Shown here piece by piece: positions 33,873-45,504 of a stretch of DNA of 64,000 nt. The stretch spans positions 8,898,483-8,962,482 of the forward strand of contig SMSO01000032.1 of the NCBI GenBank assembly GCA_004764695.1, given 5' to 3'. The position numbers and the translations under genes are program-made. The DNA is from Schizochytrium sp. TIO01. Taxonomy: Eukaryota; Protista; Bigyra: Labyrinthulomycetes. Each line of letters opens with the position of its first letter. Position 1 is the first letter of the stretch. The notes beneath the pieces were generated by a model. It did not search any database. It worked only from the letters and a program-made list of their open reading frames with translations, and was not told the DNA's origin.

Positions 33873-35425
33873 GCCAGATGGGTGAGTGATCAGAGCGGCT
33901 TCCAGTTTTCCGCAAAATACCATATTTGATAAGAACTCCGGCAGTCCCAGACTTGAAGCTCTTCGAAATGCTCTGGTCATAAGCGAATATTGTCCTCTCT
34001 GAAGTTCGGAGGGTCACGAGTGTGTGCCAGCAAGCTTTAGGTTCTATGGTCCAACACAATGATGGCGAGCCTGACTTATAGTTGTATTCTTGGCTCATCG
34101 CTCATGTCATCACTCTGTCAGGCAACTGTGTCTCTTCTACATTTTTCATTTTTTATTTTTCGAAATACTTATATTGACGGCTCTAGGTATGGGAAGCAAA
34201 CTTGGTATTCGGGAATTGTTAATTTGCCACAGAATGTCCATCGCTAGGTTTGGAAAAAGTGAAAGATAGACTCTCCTGAACTTTAAGTTCGTGAAAGACT
34301 CGCTGTTCCGTATAGTGTAGTGCGTTCGCCTCCAAGTAGGAGCAACGCTGCTTCATTAGACAAGCACCACTCACCGCAGACCTGACACATTATTCGGCTT
34401 ACCAACGCCTGATTGTATCACCCCGATCCAAGTTTGGATAGAGTTCTTGATAGTATTTACTATGATCTATCTTTCGGCCTTTTGCCGTGTTTTCCCCGTG
34501 ACCTCTGGCGTTACTTATCGTTCTCCTTCACTACTCATATTAATTAAAAAAATAATAATGAGTTGCGGAAAGTAAGTTGATAAACTAAATTCATGCTCAG
34601 GTAACTAAGTGGCTCAGTAATTTCCTACCTAGCTACGACGCAACTATTGAAGTAGAGACTTCCATCCTCGCTAACAGTGTCTCGAGACCCTTCTGAACCT
34701 GTGCAACACTTCTTGCTCGTGTGAGGTGAGTGGAGTCGAGTTATAGGGATGTTGGAAGGATAATAAAGACAGCCGTACTTGAAAATAGATAATGAAAATA
34801 ATAAAAGAAGTTTTCGTCTGTCGGGAGAGTTCGAATATTAGTATGCGAATTTTTCTTCACGATTGTTTCAACTTGGTAAAAAGCTCAAGCAAAACCATTT
34901 GCAACCTACAACTTCAAAGCGGCTTGTACCAACTGTAACAGCCAGGATGTCAGCCACATCTCAGCTGACACGCATAATTTCGAGGCATCTCAATGAACAT
35001 CCTGGTGCCAAAGGTGTCTCCGGCGCTGTTTACCGTGGACTGCGGAGGTCAAACACGTGCGTGCAATATGCATGTGCCAAGTTCACTTGAGCACGATGGT
35101 TCTTTTATCATGAGGAAGCTAGGCTGGGGCTAGTAGTTGCATAGATACTATTATACATAATCATTTTCTTGCAGCAGAGATAGTGTACAATCTTGCGTAT
35201 CAAATCAAACGAGCGACTTGGGAACCACTGTTCCGGAGAAGTTGCGATGGAGCGGATTGAATCGGGATGAGATATTCTTCTGGAAGGCTTCGCGAAGGCT
35301 CAGAGGTCCGAATCGGGGTTCCGGAGAAGCAAACCTGGAATTGACGAGAAGCCCTTCCTTCTATCAGACTCAGGTGAGAGATCCATTCATCTACTTAGAA
35401 TAGGTACATATAGTCCGCTATAACT

Positions 35426-35833
35426 ATGGCTGATACGGTGAGAAACTTCGTTGAAGATCTATGCGAGGTCCACGTCGATAAGACGAGTACGGAAGCGGTG
35501 CGCTTCATTCTAGAGAAGCATGGTGCAGGCAGCGGCCTTACACGGTGGCGCCTTGATGGCGCAGATGATGGCTTTAAGCCACCATCTACAATCTCAACAA
35601 AAAAGTTTTTTAAGAAGCTTCGACACGTCAGAAGGAAACGAAACAAGAATCGTCAGTCACGGTTGAAATTGTCTGAAGTATTTGAATCAATATGCAAGAA
35701 TATGGATAATTATTGTGTAGAATCATCCAAGATTTACAGAAAAAAGAAGGCGAGAGCAAATGGGAGGGGTTTTCGAAAATACTACAGTGGATATATAGTA
35801 ATTGCTCCGCGCCCAAGATCTCTTCAGAGTTAG
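35426..35833 (+). CDS. Orphan basic protein (135 aa)
   Basis: ATG start (actATGG), K/R-rich NLS-like segments, AATAAA about 50 nt after the stop. No family recognised. Confidence 0.5.
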   Translation: MADTVRNFVEDLCEVHVDKTSTEAVRFILEKHGAGSGLTRWRLDGADDGFKPPSTISTKKFFKKLRHVRRKRNKNRQSRLKLSEVFESICKNMDNYCVESSKIYRKKKARANGRGFRKYYSGYIVIAPRPRSLQS

Positions 35834-35991
35834 GACTCGAAGTCTAGCTCGACCCCGCGCAATCGTGTGCGCCTTAATTGATAAATAAAATATATCTACT
35901 TTTTCCGTTTTTGCTTGTAAGCTTATTATTTGGAAGGGGGAAAGAAAGCCTGACGAGAGATAATTTCTAAAGGAATTTTTTGTTAATATAG

Positions 35992-36016
35992 AAAAAAAAA
36001 GGGGGGGGGGGGGGGG
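35992..36016. repeat. A9-G16 homopolymer tract
   Basis: Nine A followed directly by 16 G. Confidence 0.9.
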
Positions 36017-37874
36017 TTACTAATAGACATGCTAGTGTACAAAAACAAAAAAACTGCTATTGTTGTGGTGAATAAATATTTCACAACAGAATCAAAGCAG
36101 TTTCCTGAACTAGCACATTCGGCCATGCAGTCAATAGCTCAAGTTACTTGTTAGGGCTTAGTGCGCAGCATAATATTTTGACAGGGATTCTTGCATTGAT
36201 CACTGAGGTAAACAGATTGTTTATTTTAAGGTGGGAAAAGCCCACGTTGATGAGGACCTGTTTAATTTTCACGATGAAAGGGGAATACCTGATTTGAAAT
36301 AGTTCATATGCAGGTAAGGTTTGCGCTAAACCTTTCTTCAATATTACCGGGTTCAATCTTTCAGATAGAATATTAAAAATAAGGTACCCCTTTATTGAAA
36401 TGAAGCAAGCTTCACAAACGCCACTGAAAGCAAAGAAGCAGTTTTACATTTGGTGACTGGACGAAGGTTAGTTTTAAAACACGTTATTTCTTTTTAATTT
36501 TTTTAAATGAACAAAAAAAAAAAAACAATTTAAACAGATATATATATATATATAATTTGAAAAAACTTATATACGTACATGATTTTTTAGCAGGTTGATG
36601 CCATAAATATAGAAACAGATTCAAAGGTCTTTTCAGACTCATTGGACACGTATGTATGTAAAGTTAGTTGTGAGTCCGTCAGACCCCACTGTTAGTCATG
36701 TTACATTATCAACAGAATGCATGTGCATCGACCACTTAGCACGCTTTCACAACTCCTAGTAGGCGGAGTGTTATACTAACTTAAAAGCGTAGACTGTGAG
36801 GCGAACGCTTCTTACAAACGAGACGATAGTAAAAGACTTGCAGATGTACTACCTGCGCCAGGTCCTCGTGCTATAATAATACCGTCCAGGTCGGCCGAGG
36901 CAGCAAGTTATGACGGTTTTAGTCAAAGGAAGAAAATTCGTATCTAATATGAAGCCTTGAGCGATTCTGTTGTCTCCCAAGAAGGTAAGATTGGGGATAA
37001 CCATTTGTGAGGTGCGTTTTACTTTTAGGTTGATTGTTGATTCGAGTACCTGCTGCAACCGACACAAGGCTTGTCGATGTGCATGCAAGCTTCGCACATC
37101 AAGTGTTAGAGCAGAAGCCCCATCGCTCTCATTGATCGAGTCACAAGCCGAGCTTCGAGGGACATAATAAGAAGCATTCATACATGTTTGTCTGGGCTTC
37201 CTTAAGCATTGAGCTTTAATTTAACGATCTGCTAATACCACTGACAGGTTCTGAACCTGCTGATTAGTCTCTTTTTACATACTTTACTCTTGCCATCGAC
37301 CTACGAATCGAAGTGGTTCTATTCTGATCATTATTCCCTCGTAGGCAAAATCTCAAACTTTGCAGGGCAATCTTGACGAAAAGTTACAATTGTAAACAGT
37401 CTCGCCATGGTACAAGAGGGGTCGGGGTCTCCTTTCCGGTCCTAATGCAACATGGACTATACACCCACATCCTTGCACCGGGGCTGTAATGAACGGCTGT
37501 CCTGACTTGAGCTTTTGTCCGAGATCAAAGCGTGTAGCGCATTATCTCCGGTCGAGAGCTGCCAAAAGACAATAGAAAGATATGATTACTTAATTAATGA
37601 TAGTACATCGCGATTGAGAGCGACATTTCCAACTTATGTTCTATAAGCTCCATAAGTTCCCAAGGTTCAAATCGTTGGTTACGCACCACATCTTTCCCTA
37701 GCGAACTTCTAGTATTGTCCATAGCTCTTATCAATAATGGAAAATACATGGAATGGCAAAATCCCAAACCAGCGCAACAGGCCTAAACCAAAAGCGATTA
37801 TTGGAGCAGGCCAGACAAGAGCGCGGTGATAAAGACGGGCATCTCAAGTTTGCAGTGCTCGAATTTACCGGACG

Positions 37875-38882
37875 ATGTCGGAGCTTACATACGAGCAGAA
37901 GCGGTTAGCCCGGATTGAGGAAAACGAGCGCATGCTCTCAGACCTTGGGCTCAACCTCGGTGTAGAAAACTCTGACGCCAAGACCAAACGTGAGTCTCTA
38001 CGCTCCAAAACATCCCCTACTACACGCTCTGGTGTGAAACGTCAGCGAACGGGTCCCCGGCGTGGTGTTGTTGCCTCTGCCCCTGCTGGCCGCCCAGCTC
38101 GGTCACTACGGCGTCAAGTGCCCAAACTTCGGAAATCACCAAGATTACATGGCAATGTTGCTAGTGGAACGGGCCCTGGAAATGCTGATGCTGCTGTTAG
38201 TGAAGCTAGCGATGATGGAAGTAGCATGATGCCTTCTGAGGAAGACGTAAATGTGGATAACGAGATCGAATTCGAGAATGAGGCAGCAGCAGAGCTTGCT
38301 GAGAAATGCAAAATGCTCATGCAGGCAGAGCCCGACGGCGGCAAGAGAGACCGTCGTAGAAGATTGTTTCTGGTTCCTACAGGGAAACGTGGAGTGAACG
38401 ATCATACGCTTGAAGAACCTGTGGCAGAGGTGGATAATATGTACCTATGGGGGTTCTGTGAAGGACTGTTTTCACGCATTTTTGTCAATATTCGCCCGGG
38501 AGATATCTTTCTCATGACAACAGCAGGAGAAGGCGCATTCAATAAAATTGCGCGAGTATGCGAGACTCGAGTAGTGAGCAAGTTTGATGCAGACAGGTTT
38601 TGGAAGCGTATGAGCTTTTCCATGGGAGGCACAAGCAAGAACAATGTTGGCTTTCCCCTACTTACACCAGTTGACAAACCCATTGAGATCGATTGGGACA
38701 AGCAAGAAACTCTGCGAAGCTTTGGTTACACAGACCATTTGCAAGCTTCACGCTGGATTAAACCAGAGAAAATGAATACTGTTCGGGGGAGTAAAATTTT
38801 TGCAGACTGTCTTCAAGAACTTGGACTTGATCCCTTTCTCACGGACGAGGAACTCAAGCTCGCGGAAATATGCCCTAAGTGA
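37875..38882 (+). CDS. Nuclear protein with WDR76/Cmr1/CDCA7-type N-terminal helix and C-terminal EVE/PUA-like domain
   Basis: N-terminus LTYEQKRLARIEENERMLSDLGL, LRKSPRL motif, acidic linker. C-terminal domain LFLVPTG..HTLEEPV..LWG..IRPGDIFLM..ADRFW..FGY..LQA. The CDS itself is secure; the domain naming is by eye. Confidence 0.8.
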   Translation: MSELTYEQKRLARIEENERMLSDLGLNLGVENSDAKTKRESLRSKTSPTTRSGVKRQRTGPRRGVVASAPAGRPARSLRRQVPKLRKSPRLHGNVASGTGPGNADAAVSEASDDGSSMMPSEEDVNVDNEIEFENEAAAELAEKCKMLMQAEPDGGKRDRRRRLFLVPTGKRGVNDHTLEEPVAEVDNMYLWGFCEGLFSRIFVNIRPGDIFLMTTAGEGAFNKIARVCETRVVSKFDADRFWKRMSFSMGGTSKNNVGFPLLTPVDKPIEIDWDKQETLRSFGYTDHLQASRWIKPEKMNTVRGSKIFADCLQELGLDPFLTDEELKLAEICPK

Positions 38883-40653
38883 AGCGTAAAACCTTGGCAC
38901 GAATAATGTTGCGCATATTTCAAATAGAACAGCTGGCCAGAGGCTAGGTTGCAAATAATCTCATGCATCTCTGCTTTTAATTTTACCGAGTACACATGCG
39001 TAAAAAATGATACTAGTCTGTTGCATAGGTTTTGCAGAGCCGACCTTAAATGCCAACTCTTGCATCATCTTGCAGCATAGTAGTTCTAGCAATTGAACAA
39101 GGATTAACCCATGCCTAAAACTCTGCTCAGTGTTTTTACCTTTGGAAGAACTTAATAGTGGTCAAAGCTTCACCCTGCAAGTGTTGCTAAAGCTCGCATA
39201 GCCCTGTATTTCGCCTAGCTATATACAAGAAACCCTCCCTCGAGTCATCCTCTCGTCATGTTTCGACTCCAATAAAGACGCGTCCTTCACATCAATATTA
39301 CCTTGATACTGTTATTTTATGCAATAAACTAGATTACAATGTCAACCAGCCTTAGCCTGCTCATCAAAACTCTAAAATGCTGCCGCAGCTTGAAATATTA
39401 ATATTTAAGGCCCTAGAATCTAAGCTTGTTTGTTGTTCTTGCAAGAGGTGTGCACGTTACTTACCTCCTACCTAGGATCTTTTGGAATGTGGGAAATCTA
39501 ATACTAAGCCAGTCTCCCCCCAAAAGATTCGGACGCTCTAAATTAGACCTTTTATCAAGGTGTAAAAAAACCCTCAAACAAGGATACTAGACCGTGAGAA
39601 AAGCAAAAGTCAAACTTATGGGGCTCCTTCCGCTCTTCTTTTCGATGTGTAAAGTGCCGATACTAAACCATACTTGAATGAACATTATGCATGAACTAGC
39701 GGTAGGCAAGTCATCCATCAGGGATTTTTTCCTTTTTCCTTCTCTACGGCTGCTATGAGTATTTCTGAATCACAATTAAAGAAGAATGTATTACGACTTG
39801 AGAATTGGAATATCAGCGCTGCTTCGTTCGTTTCTCTTTTGTACTAGCCTAACTACTATGTTCCGAATCCAAGTCCCCAATGGTCGTTCTCTGCAACTAA
39901 GTGGTAGCTCTGTAGCAGCACCACTGTCATCCACATTATCATCAGCAACAGCAGCAGCAGCAGCAGTAGCAGTAGCAGCAGTTTTTAAAAGGGTTGCGCA
40001 ACCTTGTTCGCGTAGTGTTCTTCTACCAGTTCTATCTAAGAATGGAGTAGTAGTCAAAATTATCATGGTTGATTGAAGAGCAACCCTGAATACATGGTGC
40101 TTGGCCGGGGATTTCTCGTTGCAGTCGCTTCAATTGAGAATAGAATAGGCTTTCAAGTTGGCGTTCTAGATGAAATGAGCCAAAAGCTGCATTCTCCATG
40201 ATGATGGTGCCGATGTTATCTGGCTGTCATTGAGGTCTGTCTAGTGATATTTGCACTCTTCAACTTGTGCACGCTGAGAACAAGTGCGCTACGAGATTGG
40301 CGCGTTCTACCTGAAATGCCCCGTCTCCCTCCTGGTTGTCTTTACAAGGAGGTAATAAGATCTCCTTGAGTGTGTTGTTTCTGCAGTCGAGCAGCAACAA
40401 GCTGTTGGTCGAATCAGAGTCAACCATAATTCCAGTTCGCGAAAGCAAGCAAACTCGATAAATTCGATGACAAATTTGCAGGGAAGGCGAGGACTAGAAA
40501 TCATATAACATTAGTTAGCTGCGAAGAACTTGAGGAAGCACAAATAGATCTCATTGTTGAGATTCATTGCGCAAGATTGAATAACTCTGAAAGCAAACCC
40601 GCAACAGCAAATCGATTGACGAGCAAGCAATCGGTGGGTGTTAGTTGAGTAGG

Positions 40654-42600
40654 ATGCGACGTGCTACGTTGAGATCGCTGGCGGCGCTGCCGGTGGCGCT
40701 TACTGGCGCTGCGTTGGCGTTCCCTGCCTCGGCGCAGAATCAGGCGCCTGAGAGTCAAACGGGCTTAAACCTGGTGCAGCTCTGTGTAGTTCATCGCCAC
40801 GGCGCAAGGACCCCGATCGGTACGTATAAAATAAAAAATGAATGATGGAGAGTAAGGCATAGGAGGTTATTTCTCGGCCTCTCCCCCATTAGGAGCGGAG
40901 ATTACTTGGGCAACGGCATGAGAACACAAGACAGGACTAACTAGGAAGGAAACTGTTTCTCTGGGAATCTCATAATGAATCTTGTTTTGTTTCGTGATCC
41001 TGCACTATTATGGGACGGCTCGTGGTGAATCATGGTGAAATGGTTGGCACGGCACTGCATCATGGTGATACCTTGGGGATTATGCAACGATTGTCATGTG
41101 AAACGTCATAGGTGTGCATGATAAGGAGAATGCAGCTACTTGGCTTGCCTCCGAGGTAGAAGAGTACGTTTGCATTGCTGGATAATGTATGCCAGACAAA
41201 ACATAAACAAAGGAAAATCTGTTGAAGACTCACGGGCATCCCTTTCTGAAAATTTTAACGTAAGCATGATCTGATTTGTCCTGTTGATGAACGCAATTGT
41301 GCTGAACAGTAAACTAAAGCTAGATCTTGCATCTATGCGTGTCGTAAGGCAGCACGAGACAAGCGGCAAGTCTGAAGAGCTAGCTGCGAAGGATGTCAAC
41401 AATGTTGATCGTGCTGAGCACCGCGCCCACGGCACTCTCGAAGTAAGTTTCGATCCTAAAAGAAGCGCAGGAGGAATTAATTTAAATGAACGATAAACTC
41501 ACAGAAAGGTTAAAACTGGTACAATAATTTTGTAAAATAAATAGGGCGGAGCATGGCCGGCACGTCTTACATTTGTAGGAATGAAGCAGGCTATTGATCT
41601 TGGCACTCGCCTTCGAAAGGAATACTTGGAGGGTCAGGGCTTCCTTGGTGGTAGCTGGACTACTGCAAAAGACCACGTTTATGTTCGATCTACCTCAACG
41701 GAGCGAACAATTGAAACTGCGCAGGGTGTTTTAACAGGCCTTTTCCCGGGCCAGATCAAAAAAGATTCGCCCGCAACAATCTATCTTCGTGACACTGATG
41801 AACCAGAGTGGGGCGCGCCCAACTTTGGAAATTGGTGCCCTCGATTAAAGGCACTGTGGAAAGAGGGAATTTCCACAATGAATAAAGAGTACACTGATGA
41901 GCAGAAAAATCTTCTAGAAGAGCTTAAATCTAAGGTCTCCATTGATATCCCAAGCGAAATGGGCGGATTCATGCTCTCTGTTTATCGTGACGAGTTTTGG
42001 GCTCGCGACGCCCATGGAAAAGCTCTTCCGCAGGGTTCTGACCAGGTGAACAACCTGTTGGATAGGTTGCAAAAGTCAGATGCTGATCGCATCCGTGCCA
42101 TGTTCTCTGGTGGCAGCGATAGCACGCGCGATGAGGCTACTCGCCTGCATGCTGGTCGCATGTTAGTTCGCATTGTCAAGAATCTTGACAAGGATCCTGA
42201 TGATGCACACCGCCTCATCCTCTACTCTGGCCATGACTGGACCATCATGATGTTGCTTATGGGTCTTGACCCGGACGGCACTGATGAACGTACCCGCAAC
42301 TGGCCTAATTTCTGCAGTGATCTCACCTTTGAGCGCTGGCAAGACGGCAAGACAAAGCAGGAGTATGTGCGTATCATTTTCGAGGGCGAGGCTCTTCGCC
42401 TTCACCACCTCGAGCCGCACCCGGAGTTCCCTGACCTGTACACCAAGGAGAGTATGCACAAGGCCCTTGCCCCATTTCTTCTTGCCGAGCATGAGATTGA
42501 AGAAGCATGTAAGCTTCCTGAGAAGGCGCAGAAACCCTCAAACAAGTCGCAAGAACAGCCAGTTAAGGGCTCGGCTTCATGGAGTGCCTTTACTAATTAA
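40654..42600 (+). CDS. Histidine acid phosphatase, ACP6-like (4 exons: 40654-40819, 41112-41163, 41310-41442, 41545-42600)
   Basis: RHGARTP motif in exon 1, LTFVGMKQAIDLGTRLRKEY, VRSTSTERTIETAQ and LYSGHD. Donors GTACGT/GTACGT/GTAAGT with AG acceptors keep the frame across all junctions. N-terminal targeting-like peptide. Confidence 0.88.
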
Positions 42601-43237
42601 AGTGTGCACTCGAATGCTGGCGCTAGTAAACTCAAAAGATATTCGATACAGAAGAAAGCCCTGAAGAACATAGCCAATTGTGCTGCCACGTTATTTTGTT
42701 TTACCTTGATCACAGCCCCTCTAGCGCTTTATTCTTTCCCGCTGAATGCAAGCTAAGCAGCGATAAAGTTTAAAACATAGCAAACTTTAAAACTAGTGAG
42801 ACGCATTTAAGCGATACTATTTATTCAGTGGTGAAGGTAAGGCTTGCTTCAAAAGTTGCGGTAGCAATATCTCACAAAGAAGATACATCATCCATACTCA
42901 AATGTAAACGAGCTTGTAAAAAAACTAAAAATGAAATATCGATTCGGATTATTTCGATTTCTATTACAGACGTTTGTGTTATGGCTTCACGTTTATCTCA
43001 CCAGAAATTTTTGCTACAAAACCAACCCAAAGTTCTACCATGATACAAAAGGGAAAGCGCATGCACAGTGTATAGAGTCGTCAAAAGAATGAGACTGATT
43101 ATGAATGCTTGATTTTTTCATGAAAAGTTCATGTACGATATTGAACCGCATTGTATCATATTATTGAATAAAATCACATTGCATGATTCGAATTTTACTC
43201 GTGTCGATGCATATCCACTGCGAACTTTCAGAGACCT

Positions 43238-43747
43238 TTAGAAACAGCAGTTACAGTCAAAGGGACATTCTGCAGTGTTTCCTCCTTGACCAATTCGCAA
43301 ATCCTCCTCGCGGTATAGGCGAAAACCACTTTCGGAATCAATGCCCACAGGCTGAATATCATCTGCAAGGAATCCAGATGACGCTGCCTTAGCCTCCTTG
43401 GCAGCTTCCTTCTTTAGGCGCTTCCTCTCAAGGCGAGCTTGCTCGGCCTCCTTGGCTGCTTCTTCTTCTTCTTCACGACGTTGCTCCTTGATCTTCTTAA
43501 CCTTGGCACCTGCGCTCGAGAAGAGCTCGTCAAGGTCGGCCAGAGCTTTTTTGCTCTCGCCCTTCTTCTCTGCATTGCTCTCTCCTTTCTTGCTCACGCC
43601 CTTTTTAACCTCACCCTTTTGGGCAACCTTGGAGTTTGCCTTCTTCACAGTCTTTTTGTCAACCTCAACATTAGCCGAGCTCACTTTGGTCTTCTTAGTG
43701 GCGCTCACTGCATCTTCGCTGTCCTCCCGAGAGCGCTTGCGACCCAT
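43238..43747 (-). CDS. DUF1764-family Lys-rich protein
   Basis: LDELFS motif and the characteristic C-terminus GFRLYREEDLRIGQGGNTAECPFDCNCCF; first ATG at 43747. Confidence 0.85.
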   Translation of the reverse strand: MGRKRSREDSEDAVSATKKTKVSSANVEVDKKTVKKANSKVAQKGEVKKGVSKKGESNAEKKGESKKALADLDELFSSAGAKVKKIKEQRREEEEEAAKEAEQARLERKRLKKEAAKEAKAASSGFLADDIQPVGIDSESGFRLYREEDLRIGQGGNTAECPFDCNCCF

Positions 43748-45296
43748 CCTAGAGGCTTTCTCAAGGTACTGCCACTTCTGTTCCACGTTAAAAGGCAAAA
43801 AAAAACTGCCTTGAAGCCGGCTATCGGTAGTGCCTTCGCCCTTTCTCGAGCCCAATGCTTATCGCGAAAGAGATTGGTTTGCAGGCCGCGCGCGAGGACA
43901 ATGTCATTGACGAAGTAATTTCCGGAGAACCACTCGTTAGTTTGAACCGGTGTCTTCGTTTACTATTATGGCTATGGAAAGTGTATTCTCTATTGTAATT
44001 ACTATAGCGAATATTTAAATATCCCATTTATGGTTTTCAATTCACTATTGGCCAAAGGTCAATTTTCAATTTGAGAAAAAGGGAAACCAAAATAACCGTA
44101 CGATTGACAGTGTTATAGAAAGGCCTCAATGAAAACGACGACAGATGACGCAGAGTCAAAGTCCAACTGTATCATTTTTGACCCAAGGGAGAGGAGCTCT
44201 GATCTAAAAAAATGATAAAAACGCTCGTTGCGAGAGTTGGGATTACAGCCAGCTTGATGGCTCGAAAGAAAAAGAAAATTGTGCCACAGGGCCGAAAATA
44301 GCTGGGCGAAAATACAAGTATACTCCTCCGTCGAATGAATGTCTCAACATGACGAGCACTTTTCCACGACGGTGTTCTTTACAGTGGTGAGCGTCTATTT
44401 TGTGTACTTAATGGTTTACGCCCTCATTATGATGAAGCTCGACATGGTATGCTTTTCTGTAATGGCGCGGTTAATGTACGCAAAAGGACTAAAAGATCGT
44501 AAGGAACAAGTGCCCCACTTCAATTGAAACTCTTTATCGCTCAATTCAACAGTTTCCTTGACACATTGCCAACATCTTCGTGCGGATGTAAGACGGTGCA
44601 TTACACCCATTTGTGTTGCCGGAAAACGCGGGCTGAATGACCAGACTAGAAATGAGCTTTGCCAATGCATCAAAATTTGGTGTCTATAACCTTTGCACTC
44701 ACTCTAAATTTTAACCTCACCGTTTCTCATGGCTACTAAATTGCGTTTCTTGAGGTTTGGTGTGGACTTTGTAGTGTACCAATCCACTGCAAAGTCTATT
44801 TGAAAGCTGATCAAAACAAGAGTATGATTTGCTGTCCCTGCTCAAGAGGTTTTTTTGGAAAGCAATGATGTACATGCGCAAGAAAGTTCTCTATTTCGAT
44901 TGATTCATCTCTTTCGGTGAGCTGAGAATTTAATCCTGTTTCCCTGCATCTCTACTTTGTAATTTCTACTTCGCAGTCGACGTTGTTTCCCTTCTCCTAC
45001 CTGCGAGGCGCGGTCAACGCAATCGACGCTCTACCTGCCTTGGTTCCTGATTTCGGAGTTCTACTCTAGAGAGTAACTCAGGGTTCGAGGTTTGTCAGAC
45101 TACCCCTTCAATTTTCCCTTGACGGTATTCCCACATATGTCATGGTTAAAATTGATTAGGGTAGAGTACATTTGACTTTTTCCATTCACCAAGTTAATTA
45201 ATTTAAAAGAAAATTAAAGGGTACTACCCTGTTAGAGTTTTTGTCGAAGTGAAGTTATCATTATGGGCCAATACTTAGGCCTAACAGTAGTAAGTA

Positions 45297-45340
45297 AATG
45301 AATGAATGAATGAATGAATGAATGAATGAATGAATGAATG
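45297..45340. repeat. (AATG)11 microsatellite
   Basis: Eleven perfect AATG units about 165 bp upstream of the zinc-knuckle gene ATG. Confidence 0.95.
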
Positions 45341-45504
45341 ACCATAAATCAGCAAACAATCGCTGCACAGACCAATCGCAGCGTGGTAGCACTTCTAATC
45401 TGTCAGGAGGACGCTGACCTCGGTGCTGCGTCTGCTGTCTTCGGGGTGTCCTTTTGCTGGTTTGTGTCCTGCTACGGCTGAAGTGGCAAACACAGGAGTC
45501 AGGC

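Noticed and set aside
33148-33885. 245-aa + strand ORF
   Set aside because: Non-ATG start, and its composition is the antisense shadow of the Lys/Glu/Arg-rich minus frames plus the repeat.
34304-34380. tRNA-like start gttccgtatagtgtagtgcgttcgcct
   Set aside because: A-box-like only; no pairing anticodon stem, no TTCG T-loop and no acceptor 3' strand.
37506-37545. Resemblance to the U2 snRNA 5' end (gcttttgtccgagatcaaagcgtgtagc)
   Set aside because: The branch-pairing GTAGTA is broken and no downstream U2 stems or Sm site are seen.
39786-40504. Short ORFs with a poly-Ala/GCA repeat upstream of the ACP6-like gene
   Set aside because: Fragmented, driven by a trinucleotide repeat, with no recognisable domain.
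44339-45000. Short hydrophobic ORFs between the DUF1764 and zinc-knuckle genes
   Set aside because: Many stops in the frames examined; no family recognised.
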